Source: Coniocarpon cinnabarinum (taxonomy: Eukaryota). Taken from it: a stretch of DNA of 64,000 nucleotides. Location: NCBI GenBank assembly GCA_051942205.1, contig JAVECO010000073.1, positions 1-64,000 of the forward strand, read 5' to 3'. Positions 35,968 to 50,805 of this stretch are shown piece after piece (position 1 is the stretch's first letter; the number at the start of each line of letters is the position of its first letter). The notes below the pieces were generated by a model. That model was not told the origin of the DNA. It saw nothing but the letters and a program-made list of their open reading frames with translations, and did not search any database. A program made the translations under genes and the position numbers.

Positions 35968-37920
35968 CTACCGATATCCCCCATTCGTAGCACCCATCGG
36001 AGGAGGTGGAAGACCGCCTGAAGCATAGGGCTCGTCGGGATATCCACCACTAGGAGGTCCACCATATCCGCCACCATTTCCGTATTGCAGAGGATGTGGA
36101 CGCCGTCCCCCGCCAGGTCCTCCCATACGCCCTTCTTTCATACGTTTCTCGCGTCGCTTCATGCGTGCTTGACGACGCTCCTCGAGTTCCTTGACACTGT
36201 GACGTTGCTCGTTCATTTCTTTCCATTCGCTGTAGGCACCCTTGATACCCAGAGCCGCGATACCCACCGCGGCCGCATCTTGCAACCACGCCTTGCTCCG
36301 TTTCTTTCTAGCCTCCTCCGGACTCATTTCACCCTCTGCGACCAGCTTGTGTCGGTTCTCGCTGGCCTCCATACTTTGATAGACACCGTGCGCCGCATGG
36401 ATAGTGGCTATGCTCGCCAGACCCGCCGTTAGTAGTTCTTTGCCTCGCATCTTCTTTCTCTTGTTCTCCAGCTCGCCCTCGCTCTCACTCTCACTGCTGG
36501 AGCTGCTGCTGCTGTCATCGCCCTTCAGCCCCGCCCCCGTCCGCGTACCCGCGAGAGCCCCAGCGCCCGCGGCCGTAGCGGCGTCACCACGAGGTCCTAC
36601 GACTGCGCCATCGTCAGGCCCGAGATCTCGAGCGCGTTGGGATTGGGGACCTACAGATCGAGAACGTGCTCGTTGGCGAGACGGCACGTAACGACTATCC
36701 TCTGAATCCGAGCGTTCTTCTCCACGCTTGCGGGACTTGGAACGGTAGCGGTCGTAGGCTGCTTTACCTGCAGCAATCAATGCGCCACCAGCGGCGAGAT
36801 CCTTGATCTTGCTGCGAGACCTGGGTCGTGCGGCACGCTCATCTCCATCGTCGGAAGACAAGGACCGACCTCGGGACTTGGAGCGGAAGCGATTCATGAT
36901 GGAACGGGACCGAGCGCGGAGACCACCAGGACGAGATGAGGATCGGCCACGAGATTGGGAGCGATCACGAGGACCATTGGCAAGGCGATTCGCTGCAAGA
37001 CCACCGACGACTGCTTCGACCAAGTGACGTTTGGACTTTTCATTCGGATCGCGGTCGACGAGTCGGTCAATGCCTCCAGCACCAAGTGCAGCGGTAGCGA
37101 CACGGCGGCCTTTTGCGCCTTTCCATTCACCAGGTCCCTTGCGGGCACGGAAGGCTTCCACAGCACCTGCGACTAGAGCAGCTTGCGCCGCTTGTGCCCA
37201 TTGTCGTTGCTTCTTGGCTCCACGAGAGCGAGAACGGGAGGGGCTGCGAGAGCCTGCACGACTGCGAGCACGGCTTCGGCTGCGACCTTTGTCTTTGTCA
37301 CCACCGCCGAATTGTTTCGCCGCTGCGCCGGCAATGCCACCGAGTCCAAGACCTTCAAGAAGCCCTTCTACCCCAGACTTGCGACGACCATCACGGCTGC
37401 CGCTGCGGCTGCGACTGTGCTCGCGGCGAGTGTATCGATCATATTCTTCGTCTTCGGAGTAGTAGTCATCGTCTCGGCGACCTCGTCGGCCGCCTCCGCG
37501 AGTCCCTCGACGACGTCCCGCCGCATAACCGCCAGCCGCACCCGCAGCATAGTCGTCGTAGTCGTCATCGTAGGAATCGCGACGGCCACCGTATTCTGAG
37601 CGGGAACGACGATTGGAACGGCGATCATCAAAGTCGTCGCGATAACCTCGCACGCTTCTAGACGGAGGTGGGAAGTCACGAGGAATGTCTTCCACGCTGT
37701 CTTCTCGACGAGGAATCAGGTCTCGTGGAGGCGGTCCCTTGCCACGCTCGACGTAGGTGGTCTCTTCGACATACTCAGGCTGGCCGCGGTCCTTCGGATA
37801 CGTCCGGGTGGTTTTTGAGCGGCGAGGAGGGGAGTAATCGCGTCCTGGCGGGGAATAGTCGCGGCGTGATGCAGGCGGCGAGTCCTCGCGGTAGCGATCG
37901 TAGGCGCGGTAGTCCGACAT
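35968..37920 (-). CDS. Arg/Ser/Gly-rich conserved fungal protein (DUF3824-like)
   Basis: 650-aa ORF with strong coding bias, RS tracts, repeated AAxxAGAxxA helices, ELLTAGLASIATIHAAH and LQDAAAVGIAALGIKGA. Confidence 0.85.
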   Translation of the reverse strand: MSDYRAYDRYREDSPPASRRDYSPPGRDYSPPRRSKTTRTYPKDRGQPEYVEETTYVERGKGPPPRDLIPRREDSVEDIPRDFPPPSRSVRGYRDDFDDRRSNRRSRSEYGGRRDSYDDDYDDYAAGAAGGYAAGRRRGTRGGGRRGRRDDDYYSEDEEYDRYTRREHSRSRSGSRDGRRKSGVEGLLEGLGLGGIAGAAAKQFGGGDKDKGRSRSRARSRAGSRSPSRSRSRGAKKQRQWAQAAQAALVAGAVEAFRARKGPGEWKGAKGRRVATAALGAGGIDRLVDRDPNEKSKRHLVEAVVGGLAANRLANGPRDRSQSRGRSSSRPGGLRARSRSIMNRFRSKSRGRSLSSDDGDERAARPRSRSKIKDLAAGGALIAAGKAAYDRYRSKSRKRGEERSDSEDSRYVPSRQRARSRSVGPQSQRARDLGPDDGAVVGPRGDAATAAGAGALAGTRTGAGLKGDDSSSSSSSESESEGELENKRKKMRGKELLTAGLASIATIHAAHGVYQSMEASENRHKLVAEGEMSPEEARKKRSKAWLQDAAAVGIAALGIKGAYSEWKEMNEQRHSVKELEERRQARMKRREKRMKEGRMGGPGGGRRPHPLQYGNGGGYGGPPSGGYPDEPYASGGLPPPPMGATNGGYR

Positions 37921-38623
37921 TGTGGATGTCAGGCCTCAGCGCTAAGCCGACGAAGCCGTAGTCGATGTCCGATTTCCAGATGAGGTCCAGTTCCTTGGTC
38001 TGCTGCAATGTAGGTAAAAAGGTGCTCAGGGTCGATGGACAAATTTGTTGGTCGAAATGATGGAGAGTGGATAGGAAGATTGATGGAGGCGAGGCGTCGT
38101 CGAGCACAGATGTAGGTGTGAGAGCAAAATTGGCGGGGCAAAGTACCCCTCGAGTGTAGCGACTCCGCCACAGCAGAGCCTTCTAGTTCGGAGGCAGAGA
38201 CAAGCCTGCAGACGTGCAGGACTGATGTCAGCGGCGTGTGACTTTGAGATGCGTCGGTGCCAAGGGAGGCCTGTCAGATGAAGAAAAAGAGTAGCGGCTG
38301 CCTGACGAGAGTGTGGCACGGGTGCAGAAGCGCGGATGGCGAAAAGATACTAGGAATGGCAGAGAGGAAGCGGGAGGGGGGCGGAGAGAGGAGAGGGGAG
38401 AGGTTCAGACTGTGGTCTTTTCCGATGGCTGGGGATGGAGATTTGCACGTGAAACAGGGCGTGACATCATCCGCTGAGTTTGCGCCTGATATGCCTGATA
38501 TCCGAGGAACCACCCATGGCCAGGGTTTTCCTTGGGCAGCGATGCGCTGCATTTCCCGTGTAGTCATCGTTCGTCCTGCGCCCGCCAGGTCGTTCATTTG
38601 TGCGTGTTGCCCCTGGTCGTTAG

Positions 38624-39807
38624 ATGTCAGGCAACAACACCAGCACAGACATATGGATCGCTGGCGCCTTTGCGGCCTTCTCTGTCGACCTTCTCGTCTA
38701 CCCTCTCGACACCCTCAAAACTCGTATTCAGTCACCTGAGTACGACCAACGATATGTCGACACGGCCACGGGGACGGTCCGCAAGGCTGTCCTGTTCCGA
38801 GGGCTTTATCAGGGCATGAGCAGCGTCATCCTCGCCACTTTGCCATCATGTAAGTGATTTTCGAGAGCACGAAACATACCAGCGACAATTGCAGCCCATT
38901 GACATTGTTCTCACATGTAGCAGGAGCTTTCTTCACGACGTACGAGCATGCAAAGACTCTCCTGTCCAAACTTCCCATTCCAACGCCCATTGCTCATTCG
39001 GGCGCCTCTGCGCTTGCGGAGTGTGTGTCTTGTGCGATCCTGACACCAGCCGAAGTCATCAAGCAGAACGCGCAAATGGTCAGTAGGAGGTCCATTCAAG
39101 AGTCGCATCATTCGGCGACTCGACAGACCTTGGAGAAATTCAGGCGCAATCCTTTGGCACTGTGGAGAGGATACGGGGCTCTTACCACCCGCAACCTGCC
39201 CTTCACAGCGCTGCAATTCCCGCTGTATGAAAAGGCGAAAAGCAGTTTGAGCGCGTGGAACCGCAGACGCAAACGCAGAAGGGAGCAGGATCCAGTGCCT
39301 CTGTGGGAGCATGGATTGACCACTGCCGGTGCGGCAGGAAGCGCTGGTGCATTCTCTGCAGTCCTGACGACTCCAATCGACGTTGTCAAGACACGCATCA
39401 TGCTCGCTGCCGCCCAGGGGTTCGCCAATCAGGACGTGGGCGGGCGTGTGGGCTCAGCAATAGCAGAGGGTCGTGCAGCGGATGCTGTGGATGTGATGAA
39501 AGAGGAGGTTACCAAGGCGACCAAGACGCGAGGAAATGCGACAGCAAACCCTATGCAGCCCCAGCATTATCCGCAACGAGGTCCAGATGGCGCACAGCAG
39601 AATCTGGCGTCGCACGAGGCAAGACCTAAGACGAGCAGCTTGAGCATTGCACGAGGAATAATTCAAGAGCAAGGCTGGAGAGGTCTCTGGCGAGGAGGGG
39701 CACTACGGGGCACGTGGACTATGTTGGGCAGCGGCCTGTACCTCGGAGTATATGAGAGTGGTCGCGCCTGGCTGGAAAGAAATCGTGAAGCTCGTGGTGA
39801 GCTGTGA
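38624..39807 (+). CDS. mitochondrial carrier protein (SAM-carrier Pet8/Sam5-like); join(38624..38849,38921..39807)
   Basis: Three carrier signatures PLDTLKTR, PAEVIKQN and PIDVVKTR; RNLPFTALQFPLYE; one intron. Confidence 0.92.
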
Positions 39808-40054
39808 AGTTTGGATGTGAGTGAATTTACCGTGAAGTCACCATCAGAGACCCTGCCGGTTCTTACCGATTTAGCAGGTGCTAGTTTGAGTTAGCTCTGA
39901 TTTTGGTGAGGAAGTGACCAATGGCCGGGCTGTTGAGGGAAGGTACCGCGCATTCTATATATTCTTTACTCTGCGCTTTTCCACTCTCCGACCTAGCACA
40001 TCACCCTTCTCAAATCTGTCTTCAAGCATAGCTAGAGCCCTGGATGTTGCTTTT

Positions 40055-42964
<2,910 letters not shown>

Positions 42965-42999
42965 GCTTGGGTAGCACTATTCATAGCTGCACCATCATA

Positions 43000-45130
43000 C
43001 CAGTCGAACAGAGCACTTATATGAGTTTGTTCATTTACGGCTGACAGGCTGCTGACTCGCTTCTCGTCGTACATTTGAATGCGCGCCAGTTTCGCTATCC
43101 CTTGCAAGCTATAGATAAGTCTGTCGGGCTTGTCCTCTACATCGCGTCTCTCAATCTGTTGAACCTGCAACAGCAGGACTCGACATGCGCTCTCTTGCCT
43201 TCATGCGGCATAATGGCATCGAAGTTGACTTCTTCGAGCCACATTGATTTCTCAAACGAGTATGGCTCGCCAGAGCGGGTGATGCCTTGCTGACCACGAA
43301 CCAAGCCGTCATATCGCGCCACGCAGTGTCGACGATGAACTTTTCTCGACGAGATGATCCTCAGTGACGGTGCAGTTGCCATTGTGTAAGGGCGTGTGGA
43401 AGGGCTGAATGATCGCGTTTTTCATGAGCACCACAGCGTCCGGGGCACCCACTATTTAAAATTTGATATGTAACTTCAGTGTCGGTAGACCTAACAACCA
43501 CGACGCTGGCATCTGCTTTGACGTCTTAAGAGCGCCGCCATCTTCGCCTCGCCTCGCCTTAGACTTGGTGATCAAGCTTGTGTCTCGTCCGAGCGCCATC
43601 GCTGCGATTAGCGGGGCATCTCCGGCCATGGTGCAGTGGCTCTCCATCCTTGAAGACGACATGGCCGTGCGACCACTACTCTTTTTGATCATGTTCATCG
43701 ATGACGTGGTGGTGAAACGGCGTTTAGAGCTCGACGTGACGAGCCTTAAGCGCTCAGACACTCGCGATTCCTCTTCGTGATTCCTCTTCAGGGCGAACGT
43801 CTTTCGCAACAGATTGGAGTCTTGGCTGTGCGTTGGTGGACGTCATCGCGCTGACGGAGGCTACTTATGCAAGATGGGATTCGAGATGATCCAGAGCCAG
43901 AGCCTATAGAGGTTGAGTGGTAAGGCTTATGAGGCAAAAAGTGAGCGCGCACTTATGGAGGTACAAGTTGATTCTCAGGCTACTCCCGAAGCACATGAAG
44001 TGACTTACCTCCTTTGCTAGGCAGCGCACGCCGTTGCAGTGGGGAACACGCGGTTAATGGTTCATCTTCATACTTCAAGTACCAGGTCGATCAACACAAC
44101 CTCATCGCTGTGTTGTATATCACAGGAATACCCGTAATGGCGTGCCGACGAGGTTGGTTCTCCAGGGATGCATAAAGGAATCAAGCCAGAACCGCAAAGA
44201 ACTTGATGACATCGCCTTCCTGATGGAAGTCATCGTGCGCAAAGCCTCGAATTAATTTCGTATGCGACAGTTGGTAGTCCTTACTCGGGAGTACTACCAA
44301 GGCTGTGACGCCAGCCCTGAGAATGGCGACATAGCTGTAGACCCCAGCTCTTTGATTGCTTCCATCGCGACTCTCAAAAACCAATCCGTTGCTAAGATGT
44401 ATCACCATCGTGACATATTCTTCGTCACGTTTCAAGACGTCCACGGTGTCCCACGTCGAAGGAGCGCCAAACATGCAGTGCTCGTCACACCCAAACATGT
44501 GCATTGTCATATACACAATGATCGCAAAGGCATACCGAATGGTCGTCATGTCGCGTGGGATGAGTTTCAGCTCTCCATGCCATCAGCCAAAAAAGAGTCA
44601 TTTTATGAAAGCAAGTCTCGTGACCATGTTCCTGCAGACGCCCATGCGCGCCCATGCTTCGAGGGTCATGCCTCCCTCGTCGCGATGCATGCGTTGCGAG
44701 CTCATCTCGTCAAATGGAATGGTCACCATCGTCGAACTGTCAATGAAGTCACAGACAGCGTCAGTGATGACGGAGAGGAATGGCGTCACAATGCCGAGTC
44801 GTCAAACTGAGGTAGTACACTCATTGGAGCAGGAATTCATGCTGCATGCCCGCTTGCTTTGACGAAAGTCTCGTGTCTTCGGTTCGGTCAAAGGTCAGCT
44901 TCAAGAGCGCCGAAGTGTACATAATACGGTGCTCTTTCGCCTTCCGTCATGTCTTTCCACCTCGGCTCGAAAATGTAGAGCAAGAATATCAAGTCACGAG
45001 AGTCGATGATCTGAGCGTTCGACGCATCTCGTCTCACCAAATATCGCGTGCGGAATGAGATCAAACACAATTCTTCAAGTATGCAAAACAGCGCAACAGC
45101 CTGAGCCTCGGCTGTGAAATGTGTAAATGG
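43000..45130 (-). pseudogene. fragmented coding-like sequence (decayed gene(s) or unresolved multi-exon gene), including an HMG-box-like fragment
   Basis: Same-frame minus-strand ORF pieces (44789-44598, 44549-44181) broken by stops; RWKDMTEGERAPYY at about 44960-44920. Confidence 0.3.
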
Positions 45131-46152
45131 TCATGTTGAGGTCGTTGACGCCGCTTGGATGCAGATGGAGTGCTTCATAAGCGTTGAAGGTGCTCTGTGC
45201 TTTCGTATGAGCACCATCAGACGACGTTCGAGGACGGGTTGGTGAAGGAGTCAGGATTTAGCCTATAGCCCGCCCAAAGGCTTTACGCCCCCACTATCAT
45301 GATCAAAGCCAAGCCGGTGGAACATAGTTTTCGTTATCCGTGGCTCTTCATATGACACAACGTCCCAGTCGCAGCCACGTGGCAGCCACAGTAGCCTTGT
45401 CGAAGGATGACTTCAACAGTGAGATCTATTGCAGTCCGGCTTGGCTTGATATAGAAATGGTCCATTGCGCTTCAGTCAGTCCCCGATTCAACTGTGGGTA
45501 GTGCCATACAGTGGAGATCGTAATGACAAAGATGAACATCTCATGTGAAATACTTGCGCAGCATCAATAGTTCGTGTTTGATCTATGCCTCAACTAGAAT
45601 GTCCGGTGCCCGGATGCAGGGCAGGCAGATATACATGTGATGATACATTCAAAACGTCTAGCAAGTCCCAGCGGGAATCTTCCTCTTCTCTTCCCACAGC
45701 GACAAAGCAAACAATTTTTGCTGCTCTTGCCGAAGCTTAAATTTCTCGTACATGAGTAGCGGGAGTGGCTAAATACATCACCGGCTTTAGTTTGATCTTT
45801 CAGTGGGGCTAAGAAACAGAGGCGGCAATAGGAGCTCCACGTTAGTGACGAGCGGCAATGCCACCTGAGAAATTCTATTCGCGAGGCACGGCGCATGATG
45901 CAGGTTGTTACCATCAATGAGATAGGAAAGATCCTTTCCGAAGCTCAATCATGCAAAATTCGTCCTCATCCGTGCTAAGGTACGGCTTTCCGTTCGACGA
46001 GCGCCAAATGCATGGTGATGATCCAGTAGACGCCATATCATGCAAATCTCAACCCTATGCAACACTTGGTCTTCCATGAAATCCTGGGGTATCCGTGCTT
46101 TTTAAATTAGTATCACAATTCCTTTTTTGATGCTTCTTCGTCATCACCCATT

Positions 46153-47169
46153 TCACCACCAGCCAACCATCTTCGAGCCGATGGCGATACCTGCCGCGAC
46201 AGCACTCGCTGTCATCAGTATGTTTGGTAATCCACGCTGGAGAGCAAGCTGAAGGCGAAGCCGGTTCCTCTCCTGAAATGCGGCGCCTTCATTGGTCACG
46301 GGATACGGGTAAGGTGGTTTGTCGACTTCTAAAAAGTCACACAATCGGTCCCAGCCTTCCCCAATCTGGTACTCGAAAAGCTGGTCTTTGGGTACCAAGC
46401 TCCGGACAGTCTCGTACTGATCCACATAGACTTGCTTGCCATTCTTCTCGAAATCATCGTCAAACACGGCCTTGAATAGTGCTCGTGTCATCGGGGTCCA
46501 TTTGCCCAAGACTTCAGTGTCGAAGAAACCAATGAAATACAACAAGGGCGAGGTCATTGATCTTCGGATCGTCCCAATGCATGACTTGTACCAAGCATCT
46601 ACGGGACGATTGGTCAAGATGACTTTGGCGTCGGGGTACGCCTTGATGAGTTCCGGTGCAAAGGCGCACGCGGGGAAGTCGGAAACTGCTTGACAGTGAC
46701 CGAGGAGCTGATCCCATTCCGTTTTGGAAAAGGGTCGACCACCGAAGAACTTTCCATTGATGGCATCGAGCCACATGTCGTTGTCGCAGGGGTCGATGAG
46801 GGTGCTGAACATGCTTCGGTGCAGTGTCAGGTACTAACCGTCATGTTTCGGTCATCGGCCGAGACTTACTGGTAACAGTCGACATATCCGAGCATCTTCA
46901 AAGCCTCCCACATCGCTTGAACATAGGGTCAGCATTCATCACAAAGTCGACAGCATCAAGCAAAGCGTGCTGTCTCGAGACGATGTGCTTGTGCACAACT
47001 TACAGTGAGTGCCTGTCCTGCACATGCCAAGAACGAGCACGCGCATCGGCACGACACGTGTACATTGACGTCGGTCGATTTTGCGATTGACTGCAAAGAG
47101 CTCGGGGAATTTCTCCTCGGGAGTGACCTTGGGTTTGCCCATGTCCTTTTTGTTGAAGTAGAGCGGCAT
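46153..47169 (-). CDS. P-loop sulfotransferase-like protein (Sulfotransfer_4 type) with C-terminal hydrophobic tail; join(47169..47004,46915..46870,46813..46153)
   Basis: VLVLGMCRTGTHS, LGY..CYHM, AVSDFP, ELIKAYPDAKVILTNR..W..S, GEGWDRLCDFL, PYP..N; both introns end in AAG. Confidence 0.9.
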
Positions 47170-48871
47170 CGTGGCGATGGACGTTGACAGTGACTGGGTC
47201 TCGTGACAATGGGTTTCAAGTAACAAAGCACAGCACCAATCGCTGTGATAGATCAACCCGAAGCCTCGAAAACGCGGGCACGACCGTTGCGTCGTCTCCA
47301 ATTCCAAGGCTGTTGCGTTAGTGAAAGGAGCAGCACTCCCTGAGGCTAAGTAAGGGGCGAGAAGCCAAATCTGGCGTAGGCTGGGCAGTGAGGCTCGAGT
47401 TTGAAGGCAGACGGTGGTACTGAAACGACAGCGGGTCCGGTGGCGCCTTGAAGAACTCGTTCGGATGCTGGGCGACGAGATCCAGGCAGTTTTGGGGGAT
47501 TGCAGTACGCGCTTTCCTCCAGCGAGTGCTGGAAGAGGCAGAGAAGGATCGACTGAGAAATAAGTAGGTGGAGGCTTCCACGCCAAGAAGATGTGCTGGG
47601 GCTATGACAGGAGAGGGGATGAGGAATGAAAACCAGCGGATAGTCCGAGCGTAGCGGTGGAGGTGCTGCGCAGAGAGATGCAGTAGAGATGTCCAGGTTG
47701 GCGGTTGGCCAGGTTACAAGGGGGACGGGGATGGCTGAATGCAGATGCACGGGTGGGAGGAATGAGCGTGAGGCCCGGCTCGGAAGGGATGCGATGGGAC
47801 TATCACGAGTCGAGCGTGCGAGCCGGGCCAAGAAAGGTACAAAAGAAGCAAGAGCGTCGTCATGAAAAAGGAAGCGTCGTTAGAGATGGGCAGGCGAGCG
47901 CCATGAAGCTTGCATAAGATGGTCGATCCCTGTTTCCAGTGCCCGTGCTTTTGGTAGGGGGGTTAAACAAGTACCTACCTACCCTGTCCCCTCTCCCTCC
48001 CCGATCTTTACGCAGCACACAACAACTGTCCACAGTCTCTGCCAAGCTCTGCCATCTCCATTCCATGCCAACCGTCCCGTCTTGCGCTGAGCGCCCTCCC
48101 GTGCAAGGCATTTTCTTTCAGGTCCTCCTCGGAGCGCATCAAGATACCTCACAATTTCGTGGTTCACTCCTTGGCGCCGTCCCCAATGTGAGCAACAAGT
48201 GTGACGCGCGGCCATTGTACCCTGCCATGACACATGCATGAAGCCTTAGCTTCAATAACAAATCTCAGATAACCCCCCGTCTTCCTGCACCACCAGTCAG
48301 TTCATCGCGTGTCTGCATAGCCTTCTCTTTTCAGTCGTTGTCGCTTGCTCAGCGACGCGGGCAGCCGGGTGACATGGTAACCTTCATTCGTGGTTGTTTT
48401 GTCCGAGCAAGTTGATCGCGACCTTGGAACCGGACACCAGAATCTCAGCATGCAGATCATCTCGCATGTCCCGTCATCGCCCAGGTCTTCAGCTGGTCAC
48501 GATCTGCGTCCATCTGCAACGCTGCAGTCTCTTTCGTTGTGGCTTTCTGACCGTCCATAACACCGCTAGAGCAAATGGTCGCCGTCTCCTGCAGGCGAAC
48601 AGCTCAGTCGTGAAAGCTAGAGTGCTCATGGAAGTTATGGGGTGTAGGACCCCTCCCATAAAATCAGAGATACCCGGCTCCCCGTCTTTGCATGAAACAT
48701 CTCAAATGACGCGTTCATCAGCCTGCCAAGCACGCCAGCGCCCGTCGTCCTGCATCATGATCCCTGTCTCTCCTGCAAAGCATGCAGCCCTACGGTGTTG
48801 CAGTCTCGAAGATCGAAACATCACTTCCTACCAACCGCAAAGTTGGGAGCAGTCGTATTATTAGGTAGTGG

Positions 48872-49097
48872 CACGTCACCGCCAGTATTAATGAAAGCAC
48901 GTGATTGAAGTTAAGCAACATATAGCAGCTTCGCGCACGATAGACAAGCTACTGTATCTGAAACATAACTTTTAATCGTCGACTGAAGTATATCTGAGAC
49001 TTACACTTGAGCTTAGTAAAGGTCAATCCTCTTGTGAACAGATCCGTTGAATGCATGATCAAAGTCACGTGCTTTCATTAATACTGACGGTGACGTG
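48872..49097. mobile_element. putative MITE: 226 bp, non-coding, 33-bp terminal inverted repeats
   Basis: 48872-48904 CACGTCACCGCCAGTATTAATGAAAGCACGTGA versus 49065-49097 reverse complement: 32/33 identical; AT-rich interior; no clear target-site duplication. Confidence 0.65.
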
Positions 49098-49487
49098 GTT
49101 GTAACGATGAAAGCAATTCTGGAAGGTCGTTATAAACAATCGTAGGTGTGATGGTGCAAGTCATGCATCGCTATTGTTAGGTACCTGAGTGTCTTGCACG
49201 AAAGCTTGATGTGAGAAACACCACCTAGTCTTCTTGAATGTTTACTTCTACTTAACAAAACGTTTTTCGAAACAGCAGAATCAAACATCTATCAAGTAAG
49301 AATCACGGAAACGTGCGTGTTTGCACGCCAAGCTTTCGCGCATTTGATGACAATATTCGGAGATACGCTCTGATCGCCTAATCTCCGATTCTACGTCAGC
49401 AGCACCTAAGTTATGTGACAACCTCTCTCAGCGTCCACGAGTCCCCAGCGCATCAGCAACACCAACGCCTCACCTTCTAATCCTAGC

Positions 49488-50216
49488 ATGGGCAACAGCT
49501 CCAGCACGCCCAAGATCACACCGCAAGACAAGTCCGACCTTCGCTTTCCTCCAAAACCCACCTCAAAGATACTGACACATCCCAGAGCCATCCTCGACCT
49601 CAAAGTCCAACGCGACAAGCTCCACCAGTACCAAAAGAAAATCACCCACCTGACCGCCCTCGAAACCAACACCGCGCGCTCAGCCCTCGCGCAGCACAAC
49701 CGACGCGCCGCGCTCCTGGCCCTCCGCCGCAAGAAGTACCAAGAAACGCTCCTCACGCGGACAGACCAGCAATTAGCGCAGCTCGAGAAGCTCGCGGGGG
49801 ACGTCGAGTTTGCGCTCGTGCAGAAGGATGTCGTCTTTGGGCTGCAGCGGGGGACGGAGGTGCTGAAGGCGATCCGGAAGGAGATGGGTGGGGTGGCGGG
49901 GGTGGAGAAGATGATGGGGCGGAATGAGGAGGAGGTGAGGTATCAGGAGGAGATTGGCGATATGTTGAATGGGACGTTGAGCAGTGAAGAAGAAGACGAC
50001 GTGGAGGAGGAGCTCAGGTTGTTGGAGGGCGGTCAGAGGGAGGATGTGGGAGTGAGGACGCAGACGGAGGAGGAGACGCGGCGGACGGCTCGGCGATGGC
50101 AAGTGAAAGACGGCGTGGAAGCCCTGCCAGATGCGCCGAATAGTGAGCCAGAAGTTGCAAGCGAAACGCAGCCAGGGAGACCACCTGCCAAGGTGGAAGA
50201 GCCGTTGGCAGCTTGA
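49488..50216 (+). CDS. VPS20: ESCRT-III subunit Vps20/CHMP6; join(49488..49531,49586..50216)
   Basis: Myristoylation start MGNSSS; QDK|AILDLKVQRDKLHQYQKKI after removing a 54-nt intron; ALLALRRKKYQE; VEFALVQKDV. Confidence 0.95.
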   Translation: MGNSSSTPKITPQDKSDLRFPPKPTSKILTHPRAILDLKVQRDKLHQYQKKITHLTALETNTARSALAQHNRRAALLALRRKKYQETLLTRTDQQLAQLEKLAGDVEFALVQKDVVFGLQRGTEVLKAIRKEMGGVAGVEKMMGRNEEEVRYQEEIGDMLNGTLSSEEEDDVEEELRLLEGGQREDVGVRTQTEEETRRTARRWQVKDGVEALPDAPNSEPEVASETQPGRPPAKVEEPLAA

Positions 50217-50805
50217 TAGGTATTGTGGAAGTGCTTTGGACTCAATTGTCGATAACACAGAGTAGCAATGGGAACACAGACGCTCGTCTCACACGCCACC
50301 GTACAGGAACTGAAGGCATTGATGTGAAGGTACATGGATCGAAGGACAACGGTCTTTCAGGAAGTCGGTCTGGATGGTGAATCGAGATGGTGGATGGTTG
50401 GCAGCCAAGATTGAGTGCCAGGGGGACGGATAAGACAGTAAGAAGAGCACGACAGCTCGTGCCGCCGTGGTCTGGTGTGAGCGTAGCGGGGTGGTACTCG
50501 AGAGGAGGCGTAAGCTGGCAGATGCTCAAGCTTAGCGAACAAGGCTTAGGAAAGATGGCATCAAAGATAGTCACGAGGTGTAGCATGGACATAAGAGCCA
50601 CGATGGCTTCTAATTTCGCGAAGGTGCTCACAGGCCCGACGATATAAATATTCCTTGCATCTCCTGGTTCGAATCATCAGCGAACCTTCCTATTCTAACC
50701 ACTCTCGATGTCTTCCGAAGCAATATTGCGCAACAGTGGTATCATAGTAACAAAGTCCCTCCCAGAGAACGCCACATGAATTCTGTTCTGTACACCTTCG
50801 ACACC

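Noticed and set aside
36085..37961. Many long plus-strand ORFs opposite the RS-rich gene
   Set aside because: Antisense shadows of a GC-rich, codon-biased CDS; the same applies to ORFs opposite CLF1, PRP31, the hydrolase and SSK2.
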